DNA of 20,944 nt from Planctomycetota bacterium (lineage in GTDB: Bacteria; Planctomycetota; PLA2; JAEUHO01). The stretch covers positions 1 to 20,944 of the forward strand of contig CBDCWP010000037.1 of assembly GCA_965223505.1 (NCBI GenBank), given 5' to 3'. Each line of letters begins with the position of its first letter. Position 1 is the stretch's first letter. The notes below the pieces were generated by a model. That model did not search any database, was not told the DNA's origin, and saw nothing but the letters and a program-made list of their open reading frames with translations. A program made the position numbers and the translations under genes. Below, piece by piece: positions 1 to 6,767 of the stretch.

Positions 1-107
1 GCGTTGCGAATGTGGGATCCAATGCGTCATGCGCGACGAACGATACCCGCGAACCTGTTGCGGCTTTGCGCTCTGTCAGGGGAGAGCAGGTCCGCGATCG
101 GGTGTCG

Positions 108-870
108 TCACCGCTTCGGCGGGTTCGACCGCACCGCCACGGCGACGCCGAAGATGCCGAGTCCCGGCATCACGCGCGCTGTACGACCCAGATGCGGCGC
201 GACGTAGCGGGCATCCTGGCCCGTCAGGAACAGCGGCGCATCGTCGGCGAACCCCGCTTCCGAGAGCAGGCGCTCCACGGCGCCCGCGGCGCCCAGACGC
301 AGACCCGTCCGAATCGCATGCTCGGTGCCGCGCGCAGGCATCCCGATCGCGCCCTCGAGCTCGACCTCGGGGAGCTTCGCCGTTCCGGATGCGAGCGCCC
401 GCGCACCCAACCCGAGACCGGGCAGGATCGCGCCCCCCACCAGGGCGCCGTCCTCGTCACCGATGTCCACGGTGACGGCGCTGCCGCACGAAACCACCGC
501 CGCCGCCGCGCCCCGCAAGCCGCGTGGCGCCGAGCAGCTGCACCCGCCGGTCGACGCCCGCTCGCTCCGGACGGTCCACCTTGGCTTCGGGAATGCCGGC
601 GTGGTCGGCGCCGACCTTCACGCAGGTGCCCAGCCGAAGCTTCTCGACCTCCCAGACGAGCCCGTCGATCTTCGTCGGGTCGCTGCCGGAGATCGCCAGC
701 ACGGCCTCCTTGCCCTTGAGCATCGGCGCCGCCAGCTCGCGCACAGCGCGGCCGTCCGCGCGCGGCAGGCGCATCGGACCGGCCACGTCGTCGCCGCGGA
801 CCGCACCCAGCTTCGCGCCGGAGTTGCCGACGTCGATGACGATGATCAGATCGAGGGACGGTGCGGCCAT
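108..870 (-). CDS. coaX: Type III pantothenate kinase, split by one apparent +1 indel (CCCC at 511-514)
   Basis: ORF 457..939 carries IDVGNS and GVDR. ORF 108..518 carries VVSCGSAVTVD, GGAILPG, TAKLP and LTGQDA. Removing one G from the minus-strand GGGG joins them as LAGAAAAVVSCGS. ATG at 870 has GGGGGAG upstream. Confidence 0.88.
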
Positions 871-983
871 CGGTACGGTGTCTCCCCCATGAAGCGGGCG
901 GCGGTTCGCGCCTGGAACGGCGGCAGCCAAGGTACGCAATCCTCGGCGTCGAACGCGCGTCGTGCGCGGCTCGGGCGCCGAAG

Positions 984-2253
984 CTACCGCTGGTTGTCGA
1001 GGTGCTGTCCGGCGCGGCGACGGGTCTTGGGATCCCGCGGGTCGATGTTGAAGGTGACCTTTCGCCCGTAGCGGTCCACGACGACCGTGACGCGGGTCGT
1101 CGTCTCGGGCAGGCTCTCGGCGATCCGAATGATGTCGGAGCGCGAGCGGACCGGCTGGCCGTTGATCGAGACGATGACGTCGTTCGGCTTCAGATCGAGG
1201 ACGTCGGCCGGGGCGCTGCCGGCGTCGACGATGCGTACGCCGTAGGGCTTGCCCGACTTGTCCTTCGCGACGTTGGTCTTCACGGACTCCATCACCGAGC
1301 GCGCGTTCTTGCCGCGGAAGTAGCGGTAGGTCGCATCGTCGAACTCGATGTCCTTGCGGCTCGCGGTGTTGCGCACGAATTTCGGCTTCAGATCGGAGAT
1401 CTTGATCTCGTCGTCGCTGACGATCACGGACCCGCTGCCGACGACGCCGCCGTCACCGGACTCGATCTTGCCGGCGCTCGCGCCGTCTTTCGAACCGTCC
1501 TTCGATCCGCCCGTCGTGCCATCTTCGGCCGCGCCGTCCGCGGTCTTCGCGGCAGCCTCCGCCGCGGCTTCCGCGGACGTGGTGGGAACGACGTGGATGA
1601 CGTCGACCCTCGGACGTGGGCTTGCGGCGGTTGTCCCACAACATCTCACCCTTTTCGACCGGGACGTCGTCGGGATCGTCGTACACCGCGTAGTGGATCT
1701 TGTAGAGGTCGCGCTCGGGCTCCTCGACCTTCGTGACCTTGAAGCGGCCCTGCCGGTCCTTCTCCGCGATGAACTCGCCCACGAGGAACTGATACTGCTT
1801 CTTCGGGTTGCCGTTGAACTTGAATGCGATGAGCGCGTTGTCCGGCGGCACGTTGATGATGAACTCGATCTTGCCGATCGCGTCGAGGCCCTTCGGCTTG
1901 GGCGGACCGGTCACCGTCTCCGGGGCGCCCTTCTCGGTCTGCGGAGGCCGCGGTCCGGAGAAGATCCAGTGCGTCGGGTCCTTGCGCTCGTAGTCCTTGC
2001 GCAAGATCACCTTGCTAAGCTCCGGCTCCTCGACCGGCGGCTTGAGCACGTTCTCCTTCGTGGCGGCGACGTTCTTGTCGAACTTGGCCACGATCGTGCG
2101 CATTTCCTTCGGCGGCTGCCGCGGATTCTGATCGAGCACCTTGGCGACGGCGTCCTTGACGTCGAGGACGTACCAGCCGGCGACGCCTAGCACGCCGACC
2201 ATGAGCACGGCGTTCACGATCCAGATGGTGCGCCGCATGCTGTGGGCTTTCAT
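984..2253 (-). CDS. GspC-like membrane-anchored PDZ protein (paralogue B), split by one apparent +1 indel (CCC at 1607-1609); about 422 aa when joined
   Basis: ORF 1453..2253 has an N-terminal TM helix (IWIVNAVLMVGVLGVAGWYVL) and an AGGAG RBS. ORF 984..1649 has a C-terminal PDZ (GVRIV..LDLKPNDVIVSINGQPV..VVVDRYG). The joined protein is colinear with the intact neighbour 2375..3490. Confidence 0.7.
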
Positions 2254-2374
2254 GGTCGGACTCCTGTCGTCTCTTCGGCGCCGGCTAGGGTAGCAACGCC
2301 TCGGGGGAGGTCCCGGTTCGGCGCGGATGTACGCCGTATGTCAGGCCAGGGTCCCGGGTCGCGCCCCACTGTCT

Positions 2375-3490
2375 CTATCGGCCCTCTCGTTCGAGATGTT
2401 GCGCCATCCGGCGCCGCGTCTTCGCGTCACGGGGATCCACATCGAACGTGATCCGGCGGCCGTAGCGATCCACCACGACCTCGACGCTCTCCGTCTCGGG
2501 CGACAGCGCCTGCGCGATGCGCACGACGTCGGCGCGCGACGCCACGGGTTGGCCGTCGATGGAGACCACCGTGTCGCCGCGCTCGAGCGCCAGACGGTCG
2601 AGCGGCGCTTCGCCGAAGTCCACGATCCGGATGCCGAGCACGCGTCCCTCGGCGTCCTTCGCGATCGCCGTCTTGATCGACTCGAGGGCCTTGCGGGCGG
2701 CGCCGGAGCGGACCCACTCGGCGGCACCGTCGTTGAATTCGATCCGGGTGCGGCCGCCGGCCACGGGGACGCGCCGGTGCCCGATCCGGTGGACCGACGT
2801 GCGTTCGGGCGTGGCGTCGGCCGGGACGGCGATCGCGCCCGGATCCGAGGGGCGGACGGGATCCGTCGGCAGCAGGACCTTGCGCCCGTCCACGGAAACG
2901 GTGTCCAGCGTCGACGTGCCGTCGCGTTGGATGCCGCGCCAGAGCGTGTCGTACAGGTCCTCCTCGATCTCGCGGATGGACACGAGCTCGGCGCGTACGC
3001 CGTCGGCGAGCGTCAGCGACTCCCCCACCAGGATCACCGCGGTCTTCTTGCCGCCCCTGAAGTGAAATGTGACCGTGCCGCCGAGGGGTGGGTCGTGGAA
3101 GACCATCGCCGCGACGCCGTACGCCGTGAGCTCGAACGACCGCGGCCGGTCGGGAGGCGGCGCTTCGCGCCTTTGGTTGCTCGGGGGCGAGCCGCTCAGC
3201 GGCCAGTGAACCGGGACCATCTCGAGGAAGTGCCGCGGCCAGTATGTCTCCTCCAACTCGTCGCCGACGACGGGCGGCAGCAACGAAGCGGCGCTGGTGT
3301 TGCGCACGTCGCGATCGAAGTCGCGAACCACGTCGTTGACGACCGCGCCCGGATCCTGGCGGGGCGCATCGACGACGGCCGACACGGCAGGTCCCACGTC
3401 GGCCAGGTACCAGGCGGCGATGCCGAGCAGGGCAAGCGAGAGCGGGATGTTCGAGAGCCAGACGGCCTTACGGGTTCGATGGGCACGCAT
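2375..3490 (-). CDS. GspC-like membrane-anchored PDZ protein (paralogue A)
   Basis: N-terminal TM helix (LSLALLGIAAWYL) and C-terminal PDZ resembling the GspC PDZ (DAEGRVLGIRIV..LALERGDTVVSIDGQPV..VEVVVDRYG). Start at 3490 chosen by alignment with paralogue B (MRAH vs MKAH); 3496 is also possible. Confidence 0.72.
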   Translation of the reverse strand: MRAHRTRKAVWLSNIPLSLALLGIAAWYLADVGPAVSAVVDAPRQDPGAVVNDVVRDFDRDVRNTSAASLLPPVVGDELEETYWPRHFLEMVPVHWPLSGSPPSNQRREAPPPDRPRSFELTAYGVAAMVFHDPPLGGTVTFHFRGGKKTAVILVGESLTLADGVRAELVSIREIEEDLYDTLWRGIQRDGTSTLDTVSVDGRKVLLPTDPVRPSDPGAIAVPADATPERTSVHRIGHRRVPVAGGRTRIEFNDGAAEWVRSGAARKALESIKTAIAKDAEGRVLGIRIVDFGEAPLDRLALERGDTVVSIDGQPVASRADVVRIAQALSPETESVEVVVDRYGRRITFDVDPRDAKTRRRMAQHLEREGR

Positions 3491-3605
3491 GCCCATTGGA
3501 CGACGCGGGCCCCTTTCAGCGTCCGCCCGCCTGCAATGGCGATCTGGCCCACCTCATCGCAAGGCGCGTTCGGCGGGCGGCGCGTCGGGGCGAAGGCAGC
3601 GCGTA

Positions 3606-3650
3606 GCCATTTGTAACGACGCGTGGTCTGCCACGCGAGGCGCAAATGGC
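3606..3650. other. Inverted repeat/hairpin downstream of the PilT/U gene
   Basis: Outer arms GCCATTTG (3606-3613)/CAAATGGC (3643-3650); inner arms CGCGTGG/CCACGCG around a 4-nt loop; no U-tract. Confidence 0.5.
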
Positions 3651-3684
3651 ATAGCGGGGCCGAGCATCCGTCGTGCCGCCACCC

Positions 3685-4803
3685 CTAGGTGCCGTACATC
3701 TGGTTCATGGCTTCCTGATGCGAGGCGCCCTTGGAGATGCCGCGCAGCGCCAGCTTCAGCTCGTCCGGACTGTCGGCCGCGGCCAGCGCATCGTCGAAGT
3801 CGATGACGCCCTCGTTCACCAGCTGGACGAGGCTCTGGTTGAAGCTCTGGCTGCCGTAGTACTCGTGGCCTTCCTCGAGCGCCGACGCGAGCTCGCGCGT
3901 CCGGCCTTCGAGCACCATCTCCTTGACGGTCGGCGTGCCGAGCAGGATCTCGATCGCGGGCACGCGACCCGCGGTGGAGCGGCGCGTGATCAGGCGCTGG
4001 CTGATGACGCCTTCCAGCACCAACGAGAGCTGCAGACGAATCGTGTCGTGCTGGTGCGGCGGGAAGAACGAGATGATGCGCTCGACCGTCTGCACCGCGT
4101 TGACCGTGTGCAGCGTCGACAGCACGAGGTGGCCGGTCTCCGCCGCCATCAATGCGGCCGAGATGGTTTCCAGGTCGCGCATCTCGCCCACGAGGATGGC
4201 ATCGGGCGTCTGACGCACGACGGACTTCAGCGCGGTGTGGTAGTCGGGCGTGTCGATGCCGATTTCACGCTGCATGATCGAGCACTTGCGATCCTGGAAC
4301 ACGAACTCGATCGGGTCTTCGATCGTGATGATGTTCTTGTGCGCACGGCTGTTCATGTGGTCGATCATCGCCGCGAGCGTCGTCGACTTACCGGAGCCGG
4401 TCGTACCGGTGACCAGCACCAGGCCGCGCTTGATCATCGCGAGCCGCTGAATCGGCCCGGACGGAAGATGCAACTCCTCCATCGACGGGATCGTCTCCTT
4501 CACGTGACGGAAGACGAACGCGATACGGCGCCGCTGGTTGAGGATGTTGCAACGGAACCGGCCGACGCCGGGCAGCACGAACGCGGTGTCGCGTTCCTTC
4601 ATGACCTTGAACTGCTGCACCTCGTCGGGCTGGAGGATGTGCTCGAGCAGCGCCTGCGCTTCCTCTTCCGTGAACACCTCCTTGGCGATGAAGCGGATCT
4701 TGCCTTCGACGCGCGCCACCGGGCAGTGCCCCGTGCGCAGGATCAGGTCGGACGCCTGCTCCTTCACCATGACCTTGAAGTGGTTGAAGACGGCGTCGAG
4801 CAT
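3685..4803 (-). CDS. pilT: Type IV pilus retraction ATPase, PilT/PilU family
   Basis: 372 aa. Walker A GTTGSGKSTT, Asp box TIEDPIEF, Walker B RQTPDAILVGEMRD, His box AETGHLVLSTLHT. No PilB N-terminal domain or tetracysteine motif. Confidence 0.92.
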   Translation of the reverse strand: MLDAVFNHFKVMVKEQASDLILRTGHCPVARVEGKIRFIAKEVFTEEEAQALLEHILQPDEVQQFKVMKERDTAFVLPGVGRFRCNILNQRRRIAFVFRHVKETIPSMEELHLPSGPIQRLAMIKRGLVLVTGTTGSGKSTTLAAMIDHMNSRAHKNIITIEDPIEFVFQDRKCSIMQREIGIDTPDYHTALKSVVRQTPDAILVGEMRDLETISAALMAAETGHLVLSTLHTVNAVQTVERIISFFPPHQHDTIRLQLSLVLEGVISQRLITRRSTAGRVPAIEILLGTPTVKEMVLEGRTRELASALEEGHEYYGSQSFNQSLVQLVNEGVIDFDDALAAADSPDELKLALRGISKGASHQEAMNQMYGT

Positions 4804-4814
4804 GGGATTGGGTC

Positions 4815-5876
4815 CTACGGAGGCGGTTCCTCGTCCCCGTCGGCGCCCGTGTCCGGCGTCGGCTGCCGTTCCGCGCGCGCGCGGTCGAGCGCCCGCGTGA
4901 TGGCACGCAGCAGCGCAGGCAGCCCCGCCCCGGTCACGGACGAGATGGGGTACACCCTCCTATCGGCCGCCGCGGCCAGCCGTCTCAAGGCCTCTGCGGG
5001 CGCATCCTCGGCGGGTGTTAGGTCGGCCTTCGTAGCCGCGAGAATCTCGGGCCGGGAGGCCAGCTCCTCGCCGTAGGCCTCGAGCTCCGCGCGCACGGTT
5101 TGGTAGGCCGCCACCGGATCCCCGCCGTCCGTGGGGAACGGATCGACGAGGTGCACCAGCACCCGCGTGCGCTCGACGTGGCGCAGGAACCGGTCGCCGA
5201 GCCCGTGCCCCTCGTGGGCGCCCTCGATCAGCCCCGGCAGGTCGGCCATCACGAACCGCGTGTAGTCGGGGAGATCGACGATCCCCAGATGCGGCTCGAG
5301 GGTCGTGAACGGGTAGTCGGCGATGCGGGGCGTCGCGTTGGAGAGCCGCGAGAGCAGCGTGCTCTTGCCGGCGTTGGGCAAGCCGACGAGGCCGACGTCC
5401 GCCAACAGGCGCAGCTCGAGACGCAGCTTCTTCGTCTCGCCGGGTTCGCCCGGATCCGCCCGCGTCGGCGCTTGATCGATCGCCGTCGCGAACCGGTGGT
5501 TGCCGCGTCCGTGCTTGCCGCCGCGCGCGACCACGAACCGGCGATTCGGCGCCTCGAGGTCGACGATGAGTGCGCCCGACTCGGCGTCGTAGACGGTCGT
5601 GCCGACGGGCACGCGCATGATGCGATCCTTGCCCTTCGCGCCGGAGCGCTTGTTGCCGCCGCCTTGCTGGCCGTGCTCCGCGCGGAAGTGGCGCGTCTCC
5701 TCCATGTCCCCGAACGTCGTCAGCTCGGCGTCCGTGACGATCACGACGTCGCCGCCGTCCCCGCCGTCGCCGCCGGCGGGTCCGCCGCGCGGTTCCCGCT
5801 TCTCGCGGCGCCACGCGACGATGCCGTTGCCGCCGTCACCGGAGCGGACCAGGACCTCTCGCTCGTCGATGAACAC
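4815..5876 (-). CDS. obgE: GTPase ObgE/CgtA (no C-terminal OCT domain)
   Basis: FIDE start, Gly-rich Obg fold (GDGGNG, GGDGGDGG), G1 GLPNAGKST, ADYPFTT, DLPG, TKAD. GTG at 5876 follows AGGAG. Confidence 0.97.
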   Translation of the reverse strand: MFIDEREVLVRSGDGGNGIVAWRREKREPRGGPAGGDGGDGGDVVIVTDAELTTFGDMEETRHFRAEHGQQGGGNKRSGAKGKDRIMRVPVGTTVYDAESGALIVDLEAPNRRFVVARGGKHGRGNHRFATAIDQAPTRADPGEPGETKKLRLELRLLADVGLVGLPNAGKSTLLSRLSNATPRIADYPFTTLEPHLGIVDLPDYTRFVMADLPGLIEGAHEGHGLGDRFLRHVERTRVLVHLVDPFPTDGGDPVAAYQTVRAELEAYGEELASRPEILAATKADLTPAEDAPAEALRRLAAAADRRVYPISSVTGAGLPALLRAITRALDRARAERQPTPDTGADGDEEPPP

Positions 5877-5907
5877 GGCGTCTCCTGCCTTCCCGCGAAA
5901 ATTGCGA

Positions 5908-5932
5908 ACGGGGATGCACGTGGCATCCCCGT
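5908..5932 (-). terminator. Hairpin between rpmA and obgE, possible partial terminator
   Basis: 10-bp perfect stem ACGGGGATGC/GCATCCCCGT with a 5-nt loop, followed on the minus strand by TCGCAATTTT. Confidence 0.5.
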
Positions 5933-5958
5933 CAGCAAGCAATCAACTGGTCGTTCCG

Positions 5959-6201
5959 CTACGCGGTGACGATGTGCACGGTGCGGTTCTTGCGAAACTC
6001 CACGACGCCTTCCGCGACGGAATAAAGCGTGAAGTCACCGCCCATGCGCACGCCCTTGCCGGGCTTGAAGCGCGAGCCGACCTGCCGGACGATGATGTTC
6101 CCCGAGCGAACGCGTTCGCCGGCGTACTTCTTGATGCCGCGGTACTTGGGGTTGCTGTCGCGGCCGTTCTTGCAGGAACCTTGACCCTTCTTGTGTGCCA
6201 T
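5959..6201 (-). CDS. rpmA: 50S ribosomal protein L27
   Basis: [29 protein letters not shown]; position between rplU and obgE. Confidence 0.98.
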   Translation of the reverse strand: MAHKKGQGSCKNGRDSNPKYRGIKKYAGERVRSGNIIVRQVGSRFKPGKGVRMGGDFTLYSVAEGVVEFRKNRTVHIVTA

Positions 6202-6224
6202 TGTCGTCGGTCTCCGATCCGGGC

Positions 6225-6539
6225 CTAGGCGACGCCGATGTTCTCGATGCGAACGTCGGTGTACAGCTGGCGATGTCCTTGCTTGCGACGGTACATCTTC
6301 CGGCGCTTCTTCTTGAAGACGATGATCTTGCGGTCCTTGTGCTCGCCGAGCACCGTCGCGCTGACCGAGGCGCCTTCGACGACCGGAATGCCGACCGTGC
6401 AGCCGTCGTCACCGCCGACGAGGAGCACGCGGTCGAAGGCGACGGTGCTCCCGGGCTCGGCTTCCATGCGGTCCAGGCGCACGCGCTCTCCGGCGCGCAC
6501 CGTGTACTGCTTTCCGCGATCGCTGATGACGGCGTACAT
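6225..6539 (-). CDS. rplU: 50S ribosomal protein L21
   Basis: MYAVI...[30 protein letters not shown] at 6539 with GGAG RBS. Confidence 0.98.
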   Translation of the reverse strand: MYAVISDRGKQYTVRAGERVRLDRMEAEPGSTVAFDRVLLVGGDDGCTVGIPVVEGASVSATVLGEHKDRKIIVFKKKRRKMYRRKQGHRQLYTDVRIENIGVA

Positions 6540-6548
6540 CGTGTCACT

Positions 6549-6625
6549 CCAAGCGGCCCATCCCGCCAGGGCGGGATTTCCGGGGCCAAGCGGGGGAAGG
6601 TAGCGCGAATTGGGGGGTGGACCAA
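6549..6625 (-). promoter_or_regulatory. Putative sigma-70-type promoter and structured 5' leader of rplU-rpmA
   Basis: Minus strand TTGGTC-N17-TACCTT, then a bulged hairpin GGCCC..ATCCCGCC-CT-GGCGGGAT-GGGCC ending just before the GGAG RBS. Confidence 0.45.
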
Positions 6626-6689
6626 GGAAACCGAGGGGCTCCCGAGGGTGCAAGGAGGCGCCGGCCGCGGCTCTCGGCAAGCGGTAGGT

Positions 6690-6755
6690 GGGAAACGGGA
6701 GCCGGGAACCGGGACTCCATTTCCCGTGTCCCGTGTCCCGTATCCCGTATCCCGC
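6690..6755. repeat. Heptamer tandem repeats arranged as an inverted pair
   Basis: Left arm GGGAAAC GGGAGCC GGGAACC GGGACTC; right arm TTCCCGT GTCCCGT GTCCCGT ATCCCGT ATCCCGC. Confidence 0.8.
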
Positions 6756-6767
6756 GTCCGCCGCCCC

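Noticed and set aside
465..500. CoaX motif reads VVSCGSAVTVD rather than VD.GTA.T.D
   Set aside because: Non-Asp residues at this position occur in other CoaX proteins as I recall, and the other motifs are intact, so it is not evidence of inactivity.
495..514. Phase variation or programmed frameshifting in coaX (GCC repeats and CCCC) and at the other break points
   Set aside because: The runs are too short, triplet repeats keep frame, no slippery heptamer was seen, and the same extra-G pattern in unrelated genes points to sequencing error.
6202..6224. Prp/YsxB protease gene between rplU and rpmA
   Set aside because: The gap is only 23 nt and L27 has no N-terminal extension; this is the ordinary non-Firmicutes arrangement.
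6690..6755. CRISPR array interpretation of the short repeats
   Set aside because: 7-bp units with no unique spacers and no cas genes in the window.
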